Shown here: positions 1 through 12,420 of the stretch, piece after piece | How positions within the stretch are numbered: position 1 is the stretch's first letter | Layout: each line of letters starts with the position of its first letter | Made by a program: the position numbers and the translations under genes | Assembly: GCF_004010195.1 (NCBI RefSeq) | Contig: NC_057719.1 | Coordinates: 53,687,282-53,751,281, forward strand | Reading direction: 5' to 3' | Origin: Chiloscyllium plagiosum | Lineage: Eukaryota | DNA: 64,000 bases | Notes under the pieces: model-generated | What the model saw: only the letters and a program-made list of their open reading frames with translations | Database searches by the model: none | What the model was told of the DNA's origin: nothing

Positions 1-660
1 CCTTAGAAGAATCATTGGCACACCTGCCTCCTGTACCCCATCACTAGCTCCAGTACTGACACTTCAATGGATATTTTATTCCAAATTGGAGTTAAGAGCA
101 ACTACTGGGAAGGACATCACTGCCATTCCTTATAGCTGGTCAAGGATGAAATGCTCCAGGTTACTGGGACTCAAAGTACCTCCAGAGACTTTCTCAGCCC
201 CGGGCAGAAGGAGACCTCATGGTGTTGCCAATCAAGGACTTCATCAGAATGCAGAAGCAGATATCACAGCAGTAGGCAGGCTCTCGAAGGCAAACTGACA
301 CAGAGGTTGCAGGACTACACCATGATTCCTCTGGCGTGCGATCTTCTAGCTGCCTCCAGGTACAGATTGGCAGCTGCTATGGGGAAGCAGGTCCAGCAGA
401 CCCTGTCATTATTGGACATTTGCACAATTCATCACCTTAGGCTTCAAATCTCTGCACAAACAGCAAGGGGACAGGGGTACAAGCGTACAACTCTCCAGGT
501 CCCGGTCCTCACACAGAGATAGGGAGGTACCAGTAGGCACTCAGCAGAGGTCGAGGTCCCTCAGGAGTCTCTTCACAGGTCACTGCAAAGGCAGTCATGT
601 CTTCCACCTCCATCCTGCCTGCCACCTTTTGAAGACACACTGTTCACATGGGTGACACAA
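1..660 (+). pseudogene. Decayed 3' part of a Harbinger-type Myb/SANT gene (runs off window start)
   Basis: 1-120 (cacctgcctcctgtaccccatcact...agagcaactactgggaaggacatcact) aligns by eye with 30950-31080 (cagctgcctcctgaacccctcacct...aggagcacaatcaggggagtgcctcact), the last segment of the Myb-like remnant at 30 kb. Confidence 0.4.
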
Positions 661-1267
661 CATTAGAAACAGTTCTCCACATCTGTGAACTTATGTGAAC
701 CTTTCACAATCAGCTGTGTCTGCTAGTCTCTGTGTAGCTGCAAATACAGCATTGCAGATTCTTTCTCCAGTCCAAGGCTTGGTGAGCTACTACTCCACTA
801 TGCACAGGTAATCACAGTTTAAGGTAAACTTCGTAATCAAGCTGCAGTGATGTGAATGCAAAGATATTGCTATTGCTTCACAGGCACTAACGGTTACACT
901 CATTATCCTGCATGGAATGATTTAGGGTGTTTGGGGCAATTAGTTTCATTGTGTACAGTACATTGATGCCTATGGGTCATACAGAATGCAAAACTCATAG
1001 GTGTATTTGACTTTCAGTTTGACCAAAGGGATGATAAGAAGATTAAGACCCACGTCGTGGGTCACCACTTACGGCACCATCTTAGATACAAAGATACCTA
1101 GGTGCAGATTCTTATCCAGCATTATGGACGTTTGCACTGTCTTATGTACAGAAGTACAAAATCAAAGGAATAAATCAGAAAAATAAAGAAATAAAAAGTT
1201 CAGAACAACAGACCATCCAACCCACTCCGTGCTGACCCTCACCTCCATACCACGCCAGGCTTCACCT

Positions 1268-1465
1268 CGACACTCTCAAGGCCAGGAGTCTGCTCTGGAT
1301 TTACCTCAAGGCCGCGAGTCCGCTCTGGATTTACTTCAAGGCAGGGGGTCCGCTCTGGATTTACCTCAAGGCCAGGAGTCTGGTCTGGATTTACCTCAGG
1401 GCCGGGAGTCTGGTCTGGATTTACCTCAAGGCCAGGAGTCTGCACTGGTTATAACTCAAGGCTCG
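1268..1465. repeat. 30-bp minisatellite (ctctggatttacctcaaggccaggagtctg), about 6 copies
   Basis: Directly visible periodicity; explains the LDLPQGQESA repeat ORF. Confidence 0.9.
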
Positions 1466-2056
1466 GAGACCAGGAGTCAGTGCCGAGGTCTGGAGTCTGT
1501 GCCAAGACCGGGAGTCTGTACTGAGTCCAGGTGTCTATGTTGAGATCAGGAGTCCTTGCTGAGGCCGGGGGTCCGTGGTGAGTCTGAGAGTCCACGCTAA
1601 TTCCGGGAGTTCGCGCCATAACCGGGAATCAATGTTGAGGCTAGGAGTCTGCGCTGAGACCGGGAGTCCACGCAGTGGCTGGGAGTTCACGCTGAAACCA
1701 GGAATTTGTGCCGAGACTGGGAGTCCATGCCGAGACCAGGAGTCCGTGACATGGCTGGGAGTCCAAACCGTGGGTGGGAGTCAGCGCTGAGACTGGGAAT
1801 AAATGTTGAGGCTGGGAGTCTGCGCTAAGACTAGGAGTCAACGCTGAGGATGGGAATCCGCCCCAAGGCCAGAAATCTGCCCTGGCATCACTTCGATGGT
1901 CTCGAATCCAGGAGTCTGTGCTAAGGCCGGGAGTCCGTGCTGAGGCTGGAAGTCCATGCTGAGGCCGGATGTCCATGCTGAGACTGGGAATCTGCACTGG
2001 CATCACCTCGAAGGTCTCAAATCCAGGAGTCCGTGCTGAGGCCAGGATTCCGTAAT
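1466..2056. repeat. Degenerate 20-bp minisatellite (consensus about ccgggagtccgtgctgagac)
   Basis: ggagtc core recurs about every 20 bp, with two longer interruptions (ggcatcac...cgaa/tggtctc...aatccaggagtc). Confidence 0.85.
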
Positions 2057-2619
2057 GACTTCACTCGAGGCTCAAGGACAGGAGGTAAGAAGGAAACCAA
2101 AGTGAAAAGAGAGAAAATGAAAATAAACTGACAATGTGGATGAGTTCCAGCTAAGGAGTCCTACTCAGGCGCCATCTTGGATTGCTTCCTGACCAACCTA
2201 TTGATTCCTCTCCAATTTACACCAAATATAAAAGCTTTGGAGGTATATGTTAATTCTGCCTAAAACCTATTATAGCTAACATTGAAGTGGCATTTTTTTG
2301 TCAATATAAATATTAAGAATTTAAATAAGAAAGTCATCTCCAAATAGCACAATCAGTTCCAGTTTTTGCTAATGCTTTTCTAAGTTGAATTCAGAATTCA
2401 TATCCTGACTTTTAAATTTCTTTATAGCCTTGTCCATTTTACCTTAACTATTTCTCAGCCTCACCTAACTCCATACACTGCTTTGTGTATCATGTCTACA
2501 CTTTCTGAATATATATTCACCAATCTCATGATTATTCTGTCAAAGCACCTCCCTCCTACAAAATTTTCTCTTCCCCTCCACTCCAACTCTTAGATGAGCA
2601 AATTAATCCAGAAGCTAGA

Positions 2620-2722
2620 TTCTGTACTGAAATCAAAAAATGCTGGAAATCACAGCGGGTCAGACAGCATCCATGGAGAGAGAGTAAGCTAATGTTTCGC
2701 ATCTAGATGACTGTTTTTCAGT
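2620..2722 (-). mobile_element. Decayed Penelope-like terminal fragment
   Basis: aaaatgctggaaatcacagcgggtcagacagcatccatggagagag...tgtttcg resembles the PLE termini elsewhere in the window. Confidence 0.5.
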
Positions 2723-3554
2723 GCTCTCAGCCTTAGACTTCTCAGCCTTACACATTCATGATTACCTCTGCTTGTACAGAATTGTTACCAATGCCTATGG
2801 AACAAACCAAACAACTGAGGTAGTTCTACATTTACATATCTTCTAGATCTTTGTCTTATTAATATCCTTTTTTCCTTGCACTGTCATCATTTCCATTATT
2901 TAATTCTGCCTACTCTCCACTTTATTGTCCTTTGGTATTGCCTTATCTTCCGTATCGTTTTCCTGAGCACTGAACTTGCTTGGAAGCTATTCCTCTGTAA
3001 CATATTCCAGTTCTAATGAAAAATTGACAAATTAAAATATTGGAAACTATCACAACTGCTCTGTGCTGTACATACACTGATGTCAATCACTGCCAGCTTC
3101 TGACAGGGCGGTTTGCTGCCTTTATTTCATTTTGTTGACTGACTCTGAGGGTTGAGTGAGTTTACAGTGGTAGAGGAAAACTAATAATGGGTCTGAACAA
3201 AAAGTAGTCTCTTGTGTTGAACAAAATGTTGTTTATTACATGATAGCATCCAGCTACAGGTTACACTAAGTCAGACATTGTTCCAAAGACTATGAGAAGG
3301 CACTCTTCAAAATTACAAGGTTGGCTTTCCACATCCAAGTCCTTATGGCACCATCATGCTATTTGGAACTCAATTCAATCTCCAGCATTATTCAGTCAGA
3401 ACCATGACCTCATAAAACATCTCACACCTCCCAACCCTGCATATCCAAAAAACTGATGTGACATGGATTATTATGTTTGTCAAATGTAGGTTGTTTTAAC
3501 TTAGTAGGTTGAGCTTCTTTTTGTGAGATTTATGAGAATTGTTTCAATGACAGT

Positions 3555-3900
3555 AGAAGGGCTTCAGAGGGATTTAACAGAAGCGATCAAGACCGTAGAT
3601 AAGGGGAAACTACCTACTAGCAGAAGAGTAGAGAAGTATACGATACTGATGCTGTTAACTGCCAAAAGAATCAAAGGTGACATGAGCAAGATGTTTTTTT
3701 ACATAGCAAGTACTTAGAATCTGAAATATATTGACTGAGAGTGTAATGAAGGCAGACTCAAACATGGTGTGTCCTAAATGACCTAAACAAAATAATTCAG
3801 GACAGTGGGAAAATGTCTGGAGGGTAGCATCAGCTGATTTTTTTTTTCAGATAGCCAGCAAAAAACTAATGGGTCAAATGGCATCCTTTTGTGTTGTAAC
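3555..3900 (+). mobile_element. Old CR1-type LINE 3' fragment
   Basis: LQRDLTEAIK-like motif and tail gggtcaaatggcatccttttgtgttgtaac, similar to the other CR1 3' ends. Confidence 0.5.
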
Positions 3901-5198
3901 TAAGATTTTTGGATTTTAATTGCAGTGGGCTAGCATCATCTGTAGCCCAGTTTTAGGTTAGTAGCAAGCGTAATATTGAGAGTGATAGATGAAGTCAGTT
4001 CCCCACACAACCCACCTCATTATTTAATTAAAGTGGTCCTCTCTTTTTCTGTTTTCACAATTTCTGACTGACTTTTAAAAAGTTTTCAAGCATTCCATCT
4101 TTATTTCAGATTCCAATCAATCTTGTTATTTTCATTTGCTCAAAGTGTCATCCATCAAAGATCCAAATCATTACAGATAGGTTTATACATATCTCACCAA
4201 TTAATTGTTTGCCTGCAACTTTTTAAAAAATCTGTTATGACTGACATTCAATCAATTTGGCAATAATGAGAAACTAGAAAAATTAGCTTGTAACCGGGAT
4301 TTGCAAATATTCAAATGGCCTTGACTGAGGTTTCTTTATTCAATCACAGTAAATCAAAACGCAATCCTATCATTACAATCAACAAACACCTGGGAATGCA
4401 GACCAATTTAAGTGGGCTTCATAACATGATTTGAAGCAATTCATTGAACAAGTTAATCTGCATGATATTAGCACAAAGGGTTCGTGTGCAATATAGCATG
4501 TTTTGGAAGTAGTTGATACAGCCAAGAAAATTAGAGTGAGGCTTCAAATCATTACCCCAGGATAGATCAAAATGCACCAAGAAACTGAAATAAATACACA
4601 ATGCTTCTATTTCCAAAACAGATTCTGAATTTAGCTTCAAACACTGTAAAAATGTGCTCGGATTAATAACACTACAAAGAAAATATTACTTAAACAGGAT
4701 CAACTTGTTTTTCACATCAAGGACACCCCACCAGAAGATAGTATTCCCCTCCTTTCCTCTCATGTCGACTTTAAAGCTAACCCCTCACTCCATTGTTTTC
4801 CCCTGAAGATGCTCAAATACTCCCCACCCAATGCCTCTGACTTACCGAGCTCCAAGATCCATTGGGGACTGAATCCTGGAATGCTTGTAGATTTTTCAGC
4901 AGCTTCAGAGAGTGGATTTTCCTCTCATTGAGGGGCAGATGTCCCACATTATATCAAATTAGCTTATTGATAGCATGTTTTGAGATTCACTTTTATTGTA
5001 TGTGAAGGACCAATGTCAATTACAGTTATATGATTTTGAAAGAGCTCCTCTGAAAGCTTGCTAATCCTGATTAATTGCAAATGCAAGGCCAGATACAAAT
5101 ATATTTTCACATGCTTCATAACAAATGCAAAATAAAAGTAATGATTTTTCAGTCTAGCCAAGTCCGGATGCCAATTCACCAGTTCTGGTCTGTGGGGG

Positions 5199-5733
5199 TT
5201 AGTATGTCCGAAGGACCCTCACCAACATTTACAGATGCACCATAGAAAACATTCTATCTGGATGCATCAGAACTTGACACAGCAATTGCTCTGTCCAGGA
5301 TTGTAAGAAACAACAGAAGGTTGTGAACATAGCCTAGTCATCGTGCAAGCCAACCTCCCATCTATTGACCCCATCTACACTTCTTAACTCCTTAGAAAGG
5401 CAGCCAACTTCATCAAAGACCCCACCAGTTATAATCTCTTCCGTCAAGCAGAAAATACAAAAGCTTAAAGACAAATACCTACAGGCTCAAGAACAGTTTC
5501 TTCTCTACTGTTATTGGACTTCTGAATGGACTCCTCAAATTACAAATCTAATGTTGATCATGCTTTATGTACACCTTCTTTGCAGCTGTAACTTTTTATT
5601 CCTTGTTCTGTTCAATCACCCTATGATCTTTGCATCTTTATATATTACGATCTGCCTGTACTGCACGCAAAACAAAACTGATCACTATACTTAGGTATGT
5701 ATGACAATAATAAATCAAATTAAATCAAATCAA
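5199..5733 (+). mobile_element. Rex1/Babar-type LINE 3' fragment
   Basis: Translates to LTNIYRCTIENILSGCIRT*HSNCSVQDCKKQQKVVNIA, the typical Rex1/Babar ORF C-terminus; ends in tgacaataataaatcaaattaaatcaaatc. Confidence 0.75.
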
Positions 5734-6574
5734 GCTGTTTTCAAAGCAGAGTTATGTCAACAGCATGGTTTCAATCCTGTCCCCCCAGTTAATGAAGTCC
5801 CTACCTTTTTAACCTTATCACTTAGGTTAACTCTGCCAGTTGTATCACTTTCATTTTTGCTCTTCTGTTCACTGAAGTTCTTCTGACTTTGATCTTTTGT
5901 GCATCAAAGCATGAAAATCCAGGCCTTAGTAAACCATAATAGTCATGACACCTTGTGTGTGATCAGAGCCATCTTATCCTCTCGTAAGTTATTAATGTAT
6001 GAATTGTGCAAGAACATTTCATTTTCAATCTTGAATTATCAAGGTTGTCTACACCTAATTCCTGATTAGTTTCTTTAAAATAATGGCCATGACAGAGACA
6101 CCACTTCCTACTGTGCCCGTTTCATCCTTTAACATGCCAATCACTTCATAAGATCAATCCTTGTATGATTGTTTGTTCCTTTTAGTTTGCCAACTCTCTA
6201 GATCTTCATACCAAGGGAGGACGGTACCAATAGGCAATATATACCTCTGACTCGAGAATATATATCACCTCCTCATGATTAATGATCATTTTAAAAATAC
6301 TAAATGAGACACCAAATAAGATCAAACCAACTACAAGACTACAAAGTTCAACACAAACATAATTCTAAAACCATGTAGCAGCAATCATGTAACTATTGTC
6401 AACTGGTGCAAAAAGCCTTCTGGTTTAAATCTAAATATACAGACACACACACATGTGCACAAATACATGTGTATTTGCAACTAATCTCATTCAGGATATA
6501 ATTTAATTACTGTTTTGCATGATCAAGTCATATTTACTTATTACTGAAAAAAAATCAATCCTCTAATGCATGGC

Positions 6575-7062
6575 TATGGGGCAAACTTTTGTTAGCAGGC
6601 TTTCATTCCAGGTATGTGAGCCTGACCTCAGATAAACCTCCACCTTCAGATTTGAGGCTGATTCTTCAGTGCAATGCTGAAATAGTATTGCACTGTCAGA
6701 GGTGCTGTCCTCATGAAACCCAGATCCCTTCTTTCCTCTCAGGTGCATGCAAAAAAAATCCAAAGGCAGTTTGAAAGAAAAACAGGAATTTTGACCAATA
6801 TTTATCCCTCAATCATCATCACAAACAATGATTCATTAGGTCTACAGATTGGTTCCACAGAGAGCTAGTGAACTCAATGTACTTAATGACTTCGGTCTCA
6901 ACATAACCACTCTTTGGTCATTATTATATTGCTGTTTGTGGGATCTTACTGTGAGCAAATTGGCCATTACATTTCATATATCACAATATTTTAAGAAGCT
7001 TTTAATTGTAAAGTACTTTGAGACAACTGCTGTTTGTTAAAAACATAATATAAAAACAATTT
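6575..7062 (+). mobile_element. DeuSINE-like (SacSINE1/AmnSINE1-related) element, decayed
   Basis: gaccaatatttatccctcaa...ggtcattattatattgctgtttgtgggatcttactgtgagcaaattggc...tgtaaagtactttgagac; recognised from memory of Deu-domain SINEs. Confidence 0.55.
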
Positions 7063-7469
7063 TTCCCTTAATCTAAAGAACTAAATTTCACTTTAATATT
7101 ATTCACTTTAATATTTAACTTTAGTGAAATTAATACAAAGATCCTTCTCAAACAAAGTCGTCTGAAACTTTAGAAGTTGACAACTACACACTTGATTAAA
7201 ATAATTTAACACCACATTGTTAAAGAGAGCAGAAAAGTAGCAACTTAATTCTGGAGCATTTCTCTAATCGTAATGATAACGATAAGCAATCATTTTATAA
7301 ATTGAACAATTTCCTGTTTGACTTTGGATTTATTTACAACTGTTTAATAACTCAGTTCAGTTCAACACCTCCTACTGAACTAACAATTATGACTGTGCCC
7401 ATTTAATAAATCTAGTTATTGATACTTTAATTCCTGTTTGAGAGTAGTGCGTACATCACTGATTTGTTA

Positions 7470-7700
7470 CTCATCCCTTGGCCTCTTGAACTCATTAGTT
7501 CTCAAGGTAATTTCAGGGGCAGTTGAGAGTTAACCACATTTGCTATGGGCCTAGACTGAAATATGAGCAAGACTAGAGAGAGAGAGAGAACAGATTTCCT
7601 TCCCCAAAGAGCATGAGTAAATCAGTATATTTTACAACAATCAATACAGACACAATTAGGCTAACTGTTATTTCCAGACTTACAATTAAATTAGAACAGG
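7470..7700 (-). mobile_element. Shark tRNA-type SINE fragment (same family as 55085-55560)
   Basis: ggggcagttgagagttaaccacatt...cagatttccttccccaaagagcat is the reverse complement of the 3' half of 55085-55560. Confidence 0.55.
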
Positions 7701-9387
7701 AGTCTGCCCCTTTGTTAAAATCAGCCCCACATCTTGGAGTCCAAGCCCAGAGTCCATGAAAGTGAGTGGATCTCAGGTGGAGAGGGGAGATAAGACCCAC
7801 ACGGGCGTGTAGAGGGCGCTGTTTGTGGAGATTTCAAATTGGGATGGAACACCCATTGGGATGGAGATAGTGGAGGAGTCGAAAGCAGACCTTGTGAGGT
7901 TTGTCCAATTTTGGAGGAGGCAGTTGCTGGGGATGGACCTCACCTTCCAGCCAAAGGCCTCCAGTGTCACCCATCCAAATTTCTCTACTGATAAATTCTG
8001 CCTGCCAACCTGAAAATTCAGACTGAGTCTGAAATGGCCTTCAGAATTCCATTAGTGGATTTCTTAAGAACCTTAACTGGAGCACTGGCAGGTTGGCTAA
8101 TAGGTGTCATCCATCCCACCATAAAATTGTGAAGAGTTTGAAGTGGGTGAGAAGCCAATGGGGACACTCAGGGAATTTAACAGGCCCCTACATATCACCC
8201 ACAAACCACTGGCAGTGAGAGGGGAAAATAAACCTCTATCTTCAGGGAAGCATCAGGAAACAGGCAGATGTCTTTTCGACTCTGACTCATCCTTCATGGA
8301 ATGTGATGTGCATAGACCTCTAATGCAGTGCCACACAAAAGACTTGTGAGTGAAGATATATTTCATGGAATAAAATGGAGAAAAGCAACATGGATTTTTA
8401 TTTGAAAATTGTGCAAGGTTATGGGGAAACAACAAGAATTCACAGCCACATGGAAGATGTAGGGGTGGTCACACTCCCCAGCCACATGTGCTTTCATCAC
8501 ACACTTCCTCCTGATGTGGGGTCCCTGACTGGATCCTGACTAGCCCAGTATGTCTAATCCATTCGTATGAACAAGCAAACCCTAGAATGTAGGATATTAT
8601 GGTATCAAGTCTCAGGATGGTTCAGCACTGAATTATGTAATTGTGATCAGTTACTTTGTATTCTACTGACTGCTGGCTGCTGTTCCTCATTGTAATGGCA
8701 TGAAGCACATCCAGGAAGGATGAAATTGTGAGTAAATCTCCTGGTAATCAGACACAGAGAACACTGTGAACAATGTTATGACATTCCACAACTTACCCTC
8801 TTGGCTGAAGCAATGGTGAAGTTGTCAAAACAAATTTGAAAATAAGCATTTATAAAGAAGTGCCATTCTAATCTTACAGTATACAGCACCATCTGTCACT
8901 TACATGCGTGAGGAAAAAGAGACTTTACAGGTTTATATATCCTGCAAACTGTTAACAATATCAGCATGCTTGATTAAAAATACCAAAATTTGAGATGTTT
9001 GATATATTCAATCTAACTATCTTGAAGACCTGGAAGAATTAGTGAAATTTGAGCATTCAAATAATATCAGGAGCAATGATTTGAGATAACTAAGAGGAAT
9101 TGTGAGAATTTAGAGATGCTTGTGAGATGTTTGGTATTTTATACTAATAATGTAATCACAACAGTCAACAAATTTCAATTTATGTTTTGTGTTAAGTGCA
9201 GTCTACAAGGTGTTTTGCACAAGAAAGACAGGAGACTGGTCTGAGATAGAAGTGCACAGCTGGTACACAAAAAAAACACACACAATACATCAGAATTTAT
9301 TTTAAAACACAGCCAAATCCCTGCCCTGCATTCAAAACACTCTTCTATCCTTCTTAGATGAATGATGATTAAGAGTGATATCATGAT

Positions 9388-9592
9388 TGTAACAACGTCA
9401 GCCAGGTAGACCTCATGGAGTATGAGTTCCCTGATTGGGGCTGTTAATCTAGTAAAAGCAGGAAGCTCGAGCTGACAGATAAAAACAGCAGTGTCAGAGG
9501 TTCTGTTCACTTGGAGAGCTGGCTCTGAGGGAGTTGGATCAGTGCCAAGAAAGACTTGGTGACAGGATACTGGTCTCTGTGGAATTATTTCA
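9388..9592. mobile_element. Probable solo LTR (Gypsy-type)
   Basis: About 205 bp bounded by TGTAAC...TTTCA with an internal gataaaaa; no clean TSD seen. Confidence 0.35.
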
Positions 9593-10655
9593 GGTGATCT
9601 ACTTCAACTCCAAGAAACATGAGTTTTGAGATGTCTGATTTATCCAGTTCACTGTCTGCAGCCCCAGCCAGAACAGATCAGACAGCACCTGTTCGAGAGC
9701 CTCCAAGCGCATTAGTGAAACACATACCAAGATCAAAATAATTTGGTTGAGCTTATTTCTTCACATGGAGCTTGTTTTCCAGTCAAATACACTCACTATT
9801 TTCCTTTTGGCTGAGTATTTTGTAAATTTTATATATATTTTATCAAAGGTATTTTTTGACCTGAACCACCTGGCCCAAAAGTGAAGATATGCCTATTACA
9901 ATGCAAGAGATTTTATACATTTGGATGATGATTTTTAATAAACACTTTCAGATGTTCTATGATACATCTGTGCCATAGGTGGGACTTGAACACAGAGCCT
10001 CTGAGCAGAGGGAGGAACACTACCACCATTGCCAACAATGAATGAGATCCATCTGGTAAAGTTCAATGGTCATAATAGATGACGCATTTTTGTTTGGCGC
10101 CAGTCTTTACTGAGATAGGATCTTTGGCCATGCCATTTGATGATGATTAGGATTTTCATATCATTGTGGCTGAAGTGAAAGATAGCAACAAATTATGAGG
10201 ACACCTAAATTTGAAAAAAGTACTCCATTAACCTTCAGGGTTGACAGTTTGAGAGTGAAAAAGCACATAAGCAATAATTGATGCTGTTCCTTGTGTTTAT
10301 GTTGAAAACTTGTGCACTGAAGATCATGTCTGTGGTGCCTCTTAATGGATAAAATTGCCCTCTGACTGTGGTCAGTAAGCAGAACCCAATCAGATAACTA
10401 CTACTGTATTCAATGTGAAATTTCAAATTTGGAGCATCATGATCTTTACAGCATCATTTTGGGATTTTTAATCTCATGAACGTCTATCAAAGAAGACAGC
10501 TGTACTGTTAAAGTAAGTGTTTTCTTCCTTGTTGTATCCAAAGATGGTATGACATCACCAGGCTGGATGACACCACTGCAACTTTAACAATAATTTTCAG
10601 AATTATTGCCTTATGTAACTGTAGATGTCTTTGCCTGATTTTTTTTATTAGCCTA

Positions 10656-12420
10656 AATCCAAGATGGCGGCGGAGTAGGACTCCTCAGCTGGAGCAGAAG
10701 AAAAGAAAAAAAGGAAATGACAAAGAAGCAGCAGATGGAGGTCTTTTCTTCCTTTCTCTTCCTATGTTTGGTTTTCCTTCTTACATCCCATTCTTGAGCC
10801 TCTAGTGAAGTCATCATGGGCTCCCAGTCTCAGCATGGACTTCTGGTCTCTGTGCAGAATCCTGGCCTCAGCACAGACTCCCAGTTTCGAGGGGAATCAG
10901 AGCAGACTCCCAGCCTCAAGGGGAATCAGAGCAGACTCTCGACCACAGGGGGAATCAGAGCAGACTCCCAGTTTTGAGGGGAATCAGAACAGACTCCCGA
11001 CCTCAAGGGGAATCAGAGAAGACTCTCGACCACAGGGGGAGTCAGAACAGACTCCCGACCTCGGGGGGAATCAGAGCAGACTCCCAGCCTCGAGAGGAAT
11101 CAGAGCAGACTCCCAGCTTCGAGGGGAATCAGAGCAGACTCCCGACCTCGAGGCAAATCAGAGCAGACTCCCGACCTCGAGGGGAATCAGAGCAGACTCC
11201 CGACCTCGAGGGGAATCAGAGCAGACTCCCAGCCTCGAGGGGAATCAGAGCAGACTCCCAGCCTCGAGGGGAATCAGAGCAGACTCCCGACCTCAAGGGG
11301 GAATCAGAGCAGACTCCCAAACTCGAGTGGAATCAGAGCAGACTCCCGAACTCGAGGGGAATCAGAGCAGACTCCCGGCGTCGGGAAGAATCAGAGCAGA
11401 TGCCCGGCCTCGAGGGGAATCAGAGCAGATTCCCGACCTCGAGAGGGAATCAGAGCAGACTCCCGACCTCAGGGGGAATCAGAGCAGACTCCCGACCTCG
11501 GGGGGAATCAGAGCAGATTCCCGACCTCGGGGGGAATCAGAGCAGACTCCAGACCTTGAGGGGAATCAGAGCAGACTCCCTGCCTTGAAGGGAATCAGAG
11601 CAGACTCCCGACCTCGAGGGGAATCAGAGCAGACTCCCAGCTTCAAGGGGAATCAGAGCAGACTCCCGACCTCGAGGGGAATCAGAGCAGACTCCTGACC
11701 TCGAGGGAAATCAGAGCAGACTCCCGACCTCGAGGGGAATCTGAGCAGACTCCCGACCTCGAGGGGAATCAGAGCAGGCTCCCGACCTCGAGGGGAATCA
11801 GAGCAGACTCCCGACGTCAGGGGGAATCAGAGCAGACTCCTGGCCTCGAGGGGAATCAGAGCAGACTCCCGACCTCAGGGGGAATCAGAGCAGACTCCGA
11901 CCTCGGGGGGAATCAGAGCAGACTCCCGACCTCGAGGGGAATCAGAGCAGACTCCCAGCCTCGGCAGACTCCGACCTCGGGGGGAATCAGAGCAGACTCC
12001 GACCTCGGGGGGAATCAGAGCAGACTCCTGGCCTTGGGAATCAGAACTGACTCCCGACCTCGGGGGGAATCAGAGCAGACTCCCAGCTTCGATGGGAATC
12101 AGTGTATACTCTTGGCTTCAAGGGGAATCAGTGCAGACTCTTGGTCTCGAAAGCCTCAAGGTGAAAGCTCTGTCTGGAGGTGTAGACTAGTGCAGACTGA
12201 AGGCAAAGCCCTGCACAGTCTGAAGACTAGGTGCTGGAGCAGATTAGGTTGGAAGAATTGTTATTCTTATTCAAAGCATTTGATTTCTTTGTTTATACTT
12301 TTGCACCTAAGATGTAACGAAGGTCTGTAATGTTGGACTTCTTATTTCTTTTATTTTTCTAATTCTTTCCTAAGAATTTGTACCTAAGTGGCAACTTGTA
12401 CATTTTCATTGTACTCACTT
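10656..12420 (+). mobile_element. Composite VNTR-containing non-autonomous element, copy B
   Basis: Head, pre-array block, repeat units and tail are homologous to 1064-2183 (minus); the 3' end abuts a CR1 fragment at 12421. Confidence 0.75.
10869..12140. repeat. 29-bp minisatellite (gagcagactcccgacctcgaggggaatca), roughly 43 copies
   Basis: Directly visible and highly homogeneous; preceded by about 3 copies of the 20-mer at about 10812-10870. Confidence 0.97.

Larger units (their letters stand above)
1064..2183 (-). mobile_element. Composite VNTR-containing non-autonomous element, copy A
   Basis: Minus strand begins aatccaagatggcgcctgagtaggactccttagctgg, matching 10656 aatccaagatggcggcggagtaggactcctcagctgg. 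Shares the cttgagcctc(g/t)agtgaagtcat block and a T-rich tail (ggtctg...tttatttctttatttttct...aagaat(c/t)tg(c/t)accta) with copy B. Confidence 0.75.

Noticed and set aside
1229..2006. Short ORFs with LDLPQGQESA-type repeats
   Set aside because: Translations of the 30-mer and 20-mer minisatellites.
8560..8900. Possible Gypsy integrase remnant
   Set aside because: Only a vague motif resemblance; too decayed to support by eye.
10452..10517. Possible 60-nt exon (ttacag...gtaagt)
   Set aside because: Stop codons in all three frames and no supporting neighbouring exons; could only be non-coding.
10805..11698. 297-aa and 204-aa ORFs as a repetitive protein gene
   Set aside because: They arise from a stop-free 29-bp unit cycling through three frames; no non-repetitive coding context or splice evidence.
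10869..12140. CRISPR array (29-bp quasi-palindromic repeats)
   Set aside because: Units are head-to-tail with no unique spacers, there are no cas genes, and the DNA is vertebrate.
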